DNA of 63,458 bases, the filler included, from Chiloscyllium plagiosum (Eukaryota): the NCBI RefSeq assembly GCF_004010195.1. It is 3 parts of one record of this genome, joined end to end, with 100 filler letters (N's around TTAATTAATTAA, not from the genome) between each part and the next. Parts side by side here need not be neighbours in the genome. Positions count along the whole stretch, not along the records: positions 1 to 31,441 come from NC_057712.1; 2 more parts are not named here. One strand, 5' to 3'. Position numbers and translations under genes: made by a program. Numbering within the stretch: the stretch's first letter is position 1; each line of letters begins with the position of its first letter. Below are positions 13,075-24,905 of this stretch, in pieces. The notes beneath the pieces are model-generated. The model saw nothing but the letters and a program-made list of their open reading frames with translations, ran no database searches and was not told the origin of the DNA.

Positions 13075-14215
13075 GAACTGAGGAGATTCAGCAGGATGTT
13101 GCCTGGGATAGAGCAATTTAGCCAAGAAGAGAGGCTAGAGAAGCTGAGACTGATTTCTTTAGAGCAGAGAAAATTGAAAAGGGACCTGATTGAAGTGCAT
13201 AAGGTTATGAGGACAGGATGGATGGAAAGCAGTTAGTCCCCTTAATTAAAGGGTCACTAACAAAGGGGCATAATTTTAATGTGAAAGGTATAATTTTAAA
13301 GTGAAAAGGTCCCTTTTCTTTGCTCTAAAGAAAACAATCTCAGTTTATCCAGCCTCTCTTCAGAGCTAAGTTGCTCTTTCCTGATTAATCTCTGCACCCT
13401 CCCCAGTGTAATTATATCACTTTCCTCTGGAGCGGTGAACAGAATTGCACACAGTACTTCAGCTGTGGCCTTACCAATATTTTGTACTGCTCCACATTAA
13501 CCCTCCATACTCTCATAATCTTTGCCTCAACTCAAAGGCAAGTGTTCTATATGGTTTCTTAACCACACTTTTAACCTGTCCTGCCACTTTCATGGATCTG
13601 CAGGGACAAGCATCCCAAGATCCCTCTGTACTTCTGAGCTTCCCAGTGTCCTGCCATTCACTGACTACTTCCTTATCTTGTTAGTTTTTCCAAAGTGCAT
13701 CACCTCACACTAACAGGGTTAAATTCCTCTGGTCATTGATCTGCCAATCTGACTATATCTGTCTGTAGCCTAAGACCTGTTCTTCATTGTCAGCCATCCA
13801 ATCAATCTTCATGTCATCCACAAACATACTTATCATCATCCCCACATTTTCTTCAATATCATTTACATATATTACAAACAATAAGGCACCCAGCATTGAT
13901 CTTTTTGGTACACTGCCGGACACTGGCCTCCAGTCACAAAAACAGCCTTCTACCACCACCCTCTGTTTCTTGCCACTAAGTCAATTTTGGCTCCAAATGG
14001 CCAAGTTGCCCTGGATCCCATGTGTTTTTATCAGCTTTACTGGTCTCTCATGTGGGATCTTTTCTGAAATCTTCATAAACTACATCAACTGCATCACCCA
14101 CTTCTACACACCTCGTCAATATCTCCAAAAATTCTGTCATATTTGTTAGGTATGACACTTTTCTGACAAAACCATGCTGACTATCCCAGATCAAATCTTG
14201 CCTTCCTACCATTGA
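13075..14215. mobile_element. Two CR1 fragments in opposite orientation (plus 13075-13307, minus 13308-14215)
   Basis: Plus RMLPGIEQFSQEERLEKL; minus VVEGCFCDWRPVSGSVPKRSMLGALLFVIYVND and SQHGFVRKVSYLTNM (RT motifs). Confidence 0.8.
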
Positions 14216-16339
14216 TGTAAGACTCAGGTCTGTAAGCAAACAAAGTAACTTCTTTTGATGCTTGCATGAATGGACTTATTCTGATTCTAAACTACTTAAA
14301 AGTTAGACCATAATTGTATCATCATCTTGGTCATGTCTAGTGGTTTGCAAACTGCAAGGAGTCAGCAATTAATCTATGAAACATTACACTTTTCTCATGC
14401 CTAAGTCTATTTAATATTGAATGAAATTGACCGCATTTCTTTCCCAAAAACCCTCCAACAACTTACTTGCTTATCATCCTGTACGCCTTAGAGTCAGGAG
14501 AAAAACAGGACATTTACTTTTTAAAATGTCAGATATGCATTTTCCGCATTAATAAATATGTTTACACAGAACTTTGATGCACATTAAACGTGTGACTTGA
14601 GACATAACCTGAGTTGAGCATTCACATTTTCTTCCTCCTGTCCTTGTGTTTTGATAGATATCTGTATCTACAAGGAAGTTACACATTTATTTCTGAAGTT
14701 TCTTGCCAAGTGATTCTATAAGTGACTCACGATGGCAAGCAAAATTACATTTAACAATCATTAACTCTTCAGAGATGCTTGCAAATGCTTCAGAGCATTT
14801 CAAGAGCTCACCTGCAGCCATCAGAAAATATTAATCAACTGCTCCAGAACTACTCTCTTCTGCAGATTGTACAAAGAACTTTTCTAACCAATAAATGTTA
14901 TATTCAGTTATGCAATGGGAAGTGATCAATGTGGGGCCAACCATTTAAGTTTCTTTCAATTCCCTTAACCTATTCAGGGGTGAGTTTGTTACACATTCAA
15001 TTCCAAGAAGCACCTTTGGCAAGTTCCCAAAAACACCTTTCATAATTTGTCATGTGTCTAACTTATGTTTACTGAATGACTCATTGGCTCTGAAAATACA
15101 AAGATATTTTAAAACTGACGAGAAAGAAATGAAGCAGGATGTACATTTTTGGCAGTTAGTGAAGATTTGTTAACACTGGACAAGTCTTAGGTGTGGGATT
15201 GACAGGTGCAAATTTGCAGCCTGACATCTGAGCTGTCACCTCACGGTAAAAGAGAAATATTGTTAGAAATAGCAAGCTCTATCCATTACATGGGATAGAT
15301 CTCATCAATTACTCAGTGGTAGCACTCTCAGTTGCAAGTTAGAAGACGTATGAATGTTAACTCAACCATATTCCACAACACAAATGCAGAACAAATAAAT
15401 GTGCTTTTGATCTTAAAACAAATTCAGCACCTTTTCACTAAAGGTAATAAGCAAACAGAAATTAAAAATCCAAGTTTCTATCCACACCTCTCCAACAACT
15501 GGGTTTGGCACTGGAGGATGGCTTACAAGAGCTACAATGAGAATGGAGGAGATATCGGCTGGTACTAAGGATGAGGACCCACTATTGGTACAAATATAGT
15601 CTGCAACCTTGGTACCTACCCTACTATCTTCCATCAATTAATCAAGTCATAACTGTTTCATGCTTTCTTCCTCCTCTTCAATGCTGACTTTAATGAATTA
15701 CAACTTGTCTTGACCCATTTTTTGTACTCGTTGAGAAGTGTGGCATTGGAAAAGCACAGCAGGTCAGGCAGCTCCTCTGATGCACCACACTTTTGGACTC
15801 TGATCTTTGGTACTGCTCTTCTTTACCCCCTTCTTTTGTCTTACAGTATTATTTGTCTCATTTAGTCACCTCTGCCTTCCCACCCTATCGTCAACCCTCC
15901 CCACCATCGTCAGAATTTATTTTTGTTACCACATTTCTAAATGCATTTTCACACTCAAATCCATATTTTCCCAGTATTCTATCACCCATTTTCTTGCATT
16001 TGTCTAGGTTTCCTGCTTCTTTAATCACTTGCACATTCTTTGCCTTTTAATATCTCTTGTTTTTGTCCATGCCTTGAATGGAGTGATTCATTACACAATT
16101 CAATTCATAATTCCTATCTCAGGTTCTCGTTTTCTCAATAAAGTATGCCTTTTCTTCACCCTTTTCCACTATATATTTTTCTGTGATCTTTGAATTTTTA
16201 GTTATAAATAAAAACTCACATCCTTAAGGCGTATCTCCTCTTTCCAACATACAGACCTGTTATATCGTCACTAGTGCCACTACAAAACAAAATATATTTT
16301 AAAATCCTGACAGCTCATAAATTAACAAGTTACTCCTGT

Positions 16340-18320
16340 GAAGCAAAACTGAAAGAACTGCGGATGCCGGAAATCAGAAACAAAAACAGAAATTGCTAGA
16401 AAAGCTCAGCAGGTCTGGCAGCTTCTGTGCAGAGAAATCAGAGTTAACATTTTGGGTCCAGTGATCCTTCTTCAGAACTAGAGTTAGCTAGAAAAACTTT
16501 GTTTTAATATACTTATGATAGGACTGGGGCTGGGGGGAGAGAGTAAATTATAGGTGGAGATAGAATCCAAAGAGAGAAAAACAATTGGACAAACAAAGGA
16601 GTGGATGATAGTCAGCCTGGGAGAATGAATAGCTGCTAATGGGCACCCTTCATGGCTAACAATGGGTGTGCAGACCATCGTTACAGCAGACCATGTGACA
16701 ACAAGACCTGGTGTGTGTGGGGATTATGGTAAGAACATGGGCGAAGGTGCCTTAAGCCTAAAATTATTGAATTCAATATTGAGTCCAGAAGGCTATAGAG
16801 TTCTCAAGCAGAAAATGAGGTGCTGCTCTTCCAGCTTATGCTGAGCTGTGCTGGAGCACTGCAGCAAGCCTGAGACTGAGATATTTTCCAGGGAACAGGG
16901 CAGTTTGTTGAAGTGGCAGGCAACTGGAAGCCCATGGTCATTTTTACGGACCTAATGTGGGTGTTTTGTGAGGTGGTCATCCAGTCTGTGCTTTGTTTCC
17001 CCAACGTAGCAGAGACCACATTATGAATAGTGAATAGAGTAAACTAGATTGTGTGAAGTGCAGGTAAGGTTCTGCTTCTCCTGGAAGGTGTGATTGGGCC
17101 CTTGGATACTAAGGAGGGAGGAAGTAAACGGGGATATGTCACACCTTCTGCGGCTTCAGGGGAAGGTGCCATGGGGCTTTGGAGAGGATGCGGTGTTGGG
17201 AGAAAGAGGAGTGGACCAGGATGTCCCAGATGGAATGGTCCCTGCGGAAAGCTGACAAGGGAGGGGAGGGGAGGGGAATATGTGTATGGTGGTGGCAACC
17301 CGCCAGAGATGGCAGAAATAGGAGCTACTGATCCTCTGGATGTAGATGCTGGTGGGATGGTAGGTGACAAGGAGAACCCTATCATTGCTGTGGGAGGGAA
17401 GAAGCAGGTGAGGGCTGAAGTGCAGGAGACTGGTCAGATCCAGCTGAGTGTTCTCTCAATTACGGTTTGGGGGAATCCTTGGTTGAGGAAGAATGTGGAT
17501 ATCAGAAGCTGCCTTATTGAAGTTAGCATCGTCAGAACCGATGTGATGGAGATGGAGGAACCAGGGGAATGGAATAGAGAGTCTTTATAGGAAGCAGGAT
17601 GTGTAGTCAAGATAACTATGGGAGTCAGTGGGTTTGTAATGGATATTTGTGGCCAGTCTATCCCTAGAAATGGAAATAGAGATGTTGAAGAAGGGAAAGG
17701 AAGAGTCAGAGGTGGACCAGGTGCAGGTGACAGCAGGATGAGAATTGAAGCGAAATGATAAACTTTTCCAATTGTGGTTGAGAGCAAGAGAAGCAGCACC
17801 AATGATATCAATCGATATACCAGAGAAAGGGTTGTGGTGAATTATAGAATAGAATCCTAGAAACGCTACAATGTGGAAGCAGGCCATTCGGCCCATTGAG
17901 TTATACCGACCCTCCGAACAGCATCCCACCCAGACCCACACCCTACCCTATCCCTTTAACCCTGCTTTCCCATGGATACCCACCTAGATTGTTTGAGATT
18001 TAAGGAGAGGCAGGCTTGAATCGTGGCTCTGAGGGAGGGGACCGGAAGACGACTACAACAAAGAATGTTCCACATACTCCATAAAGAGACAGTGCGGGGG
18101 TGGGGGGAAGAGATCACTGGATGAAATGAGGTTAGTGACTGTTGTGGACACAATGGCCTGATGTTCCATGGTGGGGTCATGGTCCAGGGGAGTGAGGAGG
18201 AGGTATCTGAGAGCAGGCACTCAGCCTCTGCAATGCAGAGGTCAGTCACAACAGCATCAATGTCGTCAGCAGGCTTCATTACAAAGTCAGGGCTGGATGC
18301 GAGACTCCCGTGAATCAGTT
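16340..18320 (-). mobile_element. Degenerate Penelope-like element (RT C-terminus, GIY-YIG, pLTR), interrupted by a SINE fragment
   Basis: IHYKPTDSHSYLDYTSC, FFLNQGFPQTVIERTL and FVMKPAD..AVV; pLTR at 16340-16480 with ctgaagaaggatcactggacccaaaatg. Confidence 0.8.
17845..17990 (-). mobile_element. HE1-type SINE 3' fragment inserted in the PLE
   Basis: acaatgtggaagcaggccattcggccc...cccagacccaca matches the 3' half of the other SINE copies. Confidence 0.7.
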
Positions 18321-19329
18321 TAGTTTCAAAAAAATTGCCAGATATTTCATTGATGTATAGCTGGTTATAAAACAAAATAATCAATTTTAAGCTTTGCATG
18401 AACATAATCCATATCCTCAAATTAAATAACTTTTAGATTATTAATAATCCTTTATATCTTTTTGTGGACAGCCTAAATAGGTCACCTTGGTTTATGTAAT
18501 CAATTTTGATAAATGCCCTCAGCTTCTATTGTTTGTTCTGTGCTACTTGACGCACTGAGGATCACCAAAAATGTCTCAAAAAATCACCTCTCAGCATACG
18601 GTATATCAGTATTTTGAAAGCCAGTTGTGATTTTTGATACAGTTCTGGTCTTACTGAGGTCATGAAGTTAATTTCTATGAACAGAAGGAATTTAATTTTC
18701 CAGTCTTCCTCAATTCTGCCTATCATCATTTCCCAAGGTAATTATTCAACAAATTACAACTGGTAAGCAATTACTGGCCACTTTCAAAGATAATTGAAAG
18801 CTCTAATGGGGTAAATCTACACATTTGTGCTCCTCATGCACAGCCTTACATAGTGAAGAATTAGCTGTCCCTGCTACTATTGATTTATGCATTATTTTTC
18901 ACAGGTGGAAATACTTTTCAAGACAAAAGTCCATATTCCATATGCTGCTTGGGACAGGGGCACAAGTTAATTAACTAATACTGCTTTTATTTTTTCTTCA
19001 GTTTTATTACTGGTTTCTTGGGAGCATGTAGACTGGTTGCAAACAGAGTCCTGCATTTATGAAGGTCAGGAGCACGACTGCTCACTATTACCACAGCACC
19101 TCAAAGTGCTCCATAAACTGAATTTGAACAGCTTGCTCATAATCTCCCATTAGCTATTTGAGCATTTCAATTTTAAAAATAATAAATGGGTGCACAGCTT
19201 TTTAACAAGGTAAGTGGTTTGTTATACCACTATGACAGAAAGTTAGTAAATTGAAAAGTGATAGTTGTTAACTAAAATGCATATAAGAAGAAAAAGGGGC
19301 AAGATTGAAAGTTATGAGATCTGCCTCTA

Positions 19330-22300
19330 CTATAGTTGCAGGCTTTACATGCTCTTTGAAAGTTTAGTTCAGAAGCTATCGTGGTTTCATGATTCAAATA
19401 GTAGCAGTTTGTAATTCTGGGTAATTCAAGTTGGAGCACTGGAAACATTTGTGGTTGTAAGAGCTGCTCCTTTTCTGAGGTATTTTAGGTGCTGGATGTG
19501 ACTTCCTTGAATTTCAGGAGCAGCAATTACTGATTTATAAGCTGTTGTATTGTTTTGGAACTTTAAGGGAAAAGAGATCAAAACAATGGCACTTTAAAAA
19601 GGAGGAAGACAGACAAAGGCAAAGAACACATGGTCAGAGAAAGAAACTTATGCTGTTGTCTGACATAGCAGCTACTGCCTTTGCTATTTGAGTTAAAGTA
19701 TCTCTGGTCATCGGAGTACATCTAAGAAAAATGAACAAACAGTGAAATTCATAGTTAACCTTGGAGGAGCCTGCGTGGGAGAGCTCACAGCACAGGGACA
19801 GATAGGTGCATAGTTTTTAAGTGTAACTTTGCTGTAAATCTACAATAGTGAGTAGAATGGGTTCTCTTTTGATTATATGTTTTATTGAGATCTGTCTCTT
19901 GATTAAACTTTAAAAATAGCAAACATAGGTACTAAGTTAGCCTGGAGCAACATCTTTTAGAGCAAGAAGGTGGTGCTATTTTCTGGGTCTGTACATTGAG
20001 CAAAGACGGCCTTTTGTAGAGTGATGTGCTCTTCCTGTCGGATGTGGGAATTTAGGGAGAGCTTCCGTATTACTGATGATTATGTCTGCAGGAAATGTCT
20101 TTGGTTCCAAATCCTATCTTATTGCATGGATCTGTTAGAGTGGCAGTTAAAGACAATGAGGCATTTGCAGGAGCTAAGTGGTGTGATGCATGGCAGTTAT
20201 AGGAAGGGAGAAAAACTGCAGATACAGTCAGGTAGATGGGTTACCCCCAGGAAAGGTAGCAGAAGGAGGCAGGCAGTGAATGAGTCTCCTGTGGATATTC
20301 CCATCTCAAACAAGTATGCTGTTTTGGAAAATGTAGGGGGTGATGGATTCTCAGGGTAACGTAGCATGATCAGCCAAGTTTCTGGTACTGAGAATGGCTC
20401 GAATATAATGAGGGGTACATCAGGTTCCAAGCAATCGATTGTGATTGGGGACTCTCTAGTCAGAGGCACATAGACATTTCTGTGGCTGGCTGTGAGAAAT
20501 CAGAATGGTGTTTTGCCTCCCTGGTGCCAGGATCAAGGATATCTCAGAGAAGGTGCAGAATGTTCTCAAGGGGGGGGAGGGACCAACAGGAGGTCATTGT
20601 CCACTTTGGAAGCAATGACATAGGAAGGGAAAAGGTGAGATTCTGAAGGGAGAATACAGAAAGTTAGGCAGGATTTTAAAAGAGATCCTCAAGGATAGTA
20701 ATATCTGGATTACTTCTGGTGCCACAAGTTAGGGAGGATAGAGCAGATGAGTGGCTGAGGAGCTAGTGCAGGGGAGAAAGGTTAATATTTTTGTATCACT
20801 GGAATCTCTTCTGGGGTAGAAATGGCCTGTACAAGAAGGACGGATTGCACCTGAATTGGAAGGGGACTAATATACTGGCAGGGAGATTTGCTAGGTAGGA
20901 TAGATGAAATAAACTGCATTTATTTCAATGCAAGAGGCTTAACAGGGAAGGCAAATAATCCAGGGCATGGTTAGGAACATGGGACTGTGATATAATAATA
21001 AATGTGGCTCAGGGATGGACAGGACTGGCAGCTTAATGTTCCAGGATAAAAATGCTACAGGAAGGATAGAAAAGGGGGGCAACAGAAGAAAGGGAGTGGT
21101 ATTTTTTATAAGGGTTAGCATTACAGCTGTGCTGAGGGAGGCTCTTCCTGGGAATACATCCAGGGAAGTTATTTGGGTGGAACTGAGAAATACGAAAGGG
21201 ATGATGACCTTTTTGGGATTGTATTATAGACCCGCAGTAGTCAGCAGGAAATTAAGAAACAAATTAGTAAGGAATTTCAGTTATCTGTAAGAATAATAGA
21301 ATAGTTATGGTAGGGGATTTTAACTTTCCAAACATAGACTGGGACTGCTATAGTGTTAAGGATTTAGATGGAGAGGGCCATTAAGTGTGTACAAGAAAAT
21401 TTTCTGATTCAGTATGTGGATGTACCTACTTGAGAATGTGCAAAACTTGACCTACTCTTGGAAAATAAGCAGGGCAGGTGACTCAGATGTTAGTGGGGGA
21501 GCACTTTGGGGCCAGCGACCGTAATTCTATTAGTTTTAAATTAGGAAAAAGATAGGCCAGGTCTAAAAGTTGAAGTTCTAAACTGGAATGTATTAGGGAA
21601 GAATTTTCAAAAGTTGATTGAAGGCAGACGTTGGCAGGTAAAGGGACGGCTGGAAAATAGGAAGCCTTCAGAAATGAGATAACGAGAGTCCAGAGACAGT
21701 ATATTCCTGTCAAGGTGAAAGGCAAGGCTGGTAAGTATAGGGAATGCTTGATGACAGAGAAATTAAGGTTTTGGCTCAGAAAAGAAGGAAGAATAAGACA
21801 GTAGACAGGAGAGATCAAGTGAATCCTTAGCAGAATATAAAGGCAGTAGGCGTATAGTTAAGAGGGAAATCAGGAGGGGAAAAGGGGGCATGAGATAGGA
21901 ACCCTCAAAAATCATCAAGGCAGCCTATGCATGGAAACACTAAATGACTATTTTTTTAAGATTACTTAGAGTGTGGAAACAGGCCCTTCAGCCCAATAAG
22001 TCCACACCGGCCCTCCAAAGAGCAACCCACCCAGACCCATTCCCCTACATTTACCCAACACTACAGGCAATTTAGCATGGCCAATTCACCTAACCTGCAC
22101 ATTTTTGGAGTGTGGGAGGAAACCAGAGCACCTGGAGAAAACCCACACAGACACAGGGAGAATGTGCAAACTCCACACAGACAGTTGCCTGAGGTGGGAA
22201 TTGAACCGGAGTCTCTGGCACTGTGAGACAGCAGTGCTAACCGCTGTGCCACCGTACAGTGTTTCCTGTAGAGAAAGACATGGAAGATATAGAATGTGGG

Positions 22301-23480
22301 GAAGTAGGTGGAGACATCTTGAAAAATGTCAATATTACAGAGGAGGCAGCTCTGGATATCTTATAATGCATAAAGGTGGACAAATCTCCATGACCTGATC
22401 AGATGTACCATAGAACTCTGTGGGAAGCTAGGGAAGAGATTGCTGGCCACTTGCTGAAATATTTGCTGAGGTAGCCACAGGTGAGGTGGTGGAAGGTGGA
22501 GCTTGGTTAACGTGGCAAAAATTATTTGAGAAAGATGGTAAGGAAATGTCAGGGAACTATAGACCAGGGAGCCTGATATCAATGGTGGACAAGATGTTGG
22601 AGGAAATCCTGAAGGGCAGGATGTACTTGTATTTGGAAAGGCAAGGACGGACTCTGGATATTCAACATGGATTAGTCCATGGGAAATCATGTCTCACTAA
22701 CTTGATTGAGTTTTTGGAAGAGTAATGAAGAGAATTGATGCAGGGAGAGCGTGGTGGATGTGATTTATATGACTTCAGTAAGACGTTCGACAAGGTTCCC
22801 CATGGGAGATTGGTTAACAAGGTTAGATCACGTGGCATACTAGGGAGAACTAGCCACTTGGAAACAGAACTGGCTTTAAAGTAGAAGACAGAGGGTGCTG
22901 ATGGAGGGCTGCCTTTCAGACTGGAGGCCTGTGATCATGGTGTGCTGGATCCACTGCTTTTCATCATTTATATAAATGATTTGGATGTGAACATAGGAGG
23001 TACGGTTAGTAAGCTTGCAGATGACACCAAAATTGGAGGTGTAGTGGACAGCAAACAAGGTTACCTCAGAGTACAACGGGATCTTGTCAGATGGGCCAAT
23101 GGGCCAATGAGTGGCAGATAGAGTTTAATTTAGATATATGTAAGGGGTTATATTTTGGAAAGGCAAATCAGGGGAGTGTTGCTGAACAAACAGACCTTGG
23201 AATGCAGGTTTATAGTTCCTTGAAAGTGGAGTCGCAGGTAGATAAGATAGTGAAGAAGGCGTTTAGTATGCTTTCCTTTATTGGTCAGAGCATTGAGTAT
23301 ACGAGTTGAGAGGTCATGTTGCGGCTGTACAGGACATGGGTTTGGCCACTTTTGGAATATTGTGTGCAATTCCAGTCTCCCTCCTACTGAAAAGACATTG
23401 TGAAACTTGAAAGGATTCAGAAAAGATTTACAAGGATGTAGCCAGAGTGGGAGGTTTATAGCGATAGGGAGAGGCTGTAT
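19330..23480 (+). mobile_element. Near full-length but decayed CR1 LINE: 5' UTR, ORF1 (zinc finger plus SGNH esterase), ORF2 (APE-RT)
   Basis: ORF1 CSSCRMWE..DYVCRKC, IPISNKYAVL, VIGDSLVRG, VHFGSNDI, KDGLHLNWKG; ORF2 CIYFNARGL, GLYYRP, VGDFNFPNIDW, GNYRPGSL, QHGLVHGKSCLTNL, KLADDTK; many stops and frameshifts. Confidence 0.88.
21958..22254 (-). mobile_element. HE1-type SINE inserted in CR1 ORF2
   Basis: Minus strand ggtggcacagcggttagcactgctg...ggttcaattccc (A and B boxes) with CR1-like tail. Confidence 0.9.
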
Positions 23481-23489
23481 AGGCCCAAT

Positions 23490-24135
23490 CCCAGTGATGT
23501 CCAAGTTTCCGTAATGGCCACAACAACTTAGTTCCAAGTACTGATTCATGCTCTGAGTTCGTCACCCTTATTCCTGATACTACTTGCATTAAAATAGACA
23601 CACTTCAACTCATCACACTGGCTGCACCTTTGCCCTTTCAAGTGCCTATCCCTCCTCACAGACACTCTGAAAGCTATATCTGGCTACTCACTACCTATTC
23701 CATTATGTGATCCATAGCTCAGGTTCCACCCGCCTGCCAATCTAGTTTAAACCCTCCCAAAGAGCTCTAGCAAATCTCCTGCCCAGGATATTGGTGCCCC
23801 CTCCAGTTCAGATACAACCTGTCCTTCTTGTACAGGTCCCACCTTTCCCAGAAGGTATCCCAATGTTCCACGTATCTGAACGCCTCCCTCCTACACCAGC
23901 CCTGCAGCCATGTGTTCAGCTTTACTTGCTCTCTAGTCCTAGCCTCATTAACACATGACACCGGTAGCAATCCAGAGATTTCTGCTCTGCTCGTCCTGCC
24001 TTCTAACTTCCAACCTAACTCCCTATGTTCTCTTTTTAGGTCCTTCTCACTTTCCCAACCTATGTCATTGATACCGATGTGTACCATGACTTCTGGCTGC
24101 TCTCCCTCCTCCTTTGACAACTCTTCTGACTAAAG
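23490..24135 (-). mobile_element. CR1 fragment (ORF1 esterase to start of ORF2)
   Basis: VMVHIGINDIG...ISGLLPV...WDLYKKDRLYLNWRG. Confidence 0.8.
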
Positions 24136-24649
24136 CAATGTCATATACCTAGAAGGACAAGGGCCACACATACATGGGAAAAAGCAGTACTTGCAAGAAC
24201 CTCTTCAAGTCTTTCACTGTCCTACTTGGACCAATATCACATTATCTCCCTTACAGCCCTGTGAATGAACCTACATCATGTGGACTGGTAGGAGTTCAGA
24301 AAAGCAATTTCACATCACTTTATCAAAGGTATTTTGAAATGGCTGGTAAACGTTGGCCTGACTAGCAATGTTCACACCCCAGGAACAAATAAAAGAAAAT
24401 GTACAAAATAAAGCGACTACTCTTTATAATTCTCAAATAGTGTTGCAGCTGAAGGCTTAATATTCAAGTCAACAAGCAAACTTTCTTCATGTTTTGACAA
24501 GGCATTTATTCTGGAGAACCACAATTGTTTCAAGGAAAGGGAAGTTGATAGTCAACATCCTGGACAACTTATTACAAATGTACCTCTGACAAAGGGACAC
24601 ACTATTAGTGATCATGAGACAGTTTGTACAAACTCAGCTGCTGTTCTCA

Positions 24650-24905
24650 CAGAGTCCCTACAGTGTGGAAAAGGCCATTTGGCCAAGTGAGTCCACACCA
24701 AACTTTTGAAGAGCATCCCAGCCAATCCCACTCCTCCCTGGTAATCTCACATTTCCCTTTGCCAATCCACCTAACCTGTGGGAGGAAACCAGAGCACCCG
24801 GAGGAAAACCACGCAGACACGGGGAGAATGTCCAAACTGTCACCTGAACCTGGGTCCATGGCGCTATGAGGCAGCAGTGCTAACCGCTGAGACTGCTTGC
24901 CACCC
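24650..24905 (-). mobile_element. HE1-type SINE, diverged
   Basis: tgtgggaggaaaccagagcacccggaggaaaaccacgcagacacgggg core and tRNA-like head. Confidence 0.8.
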
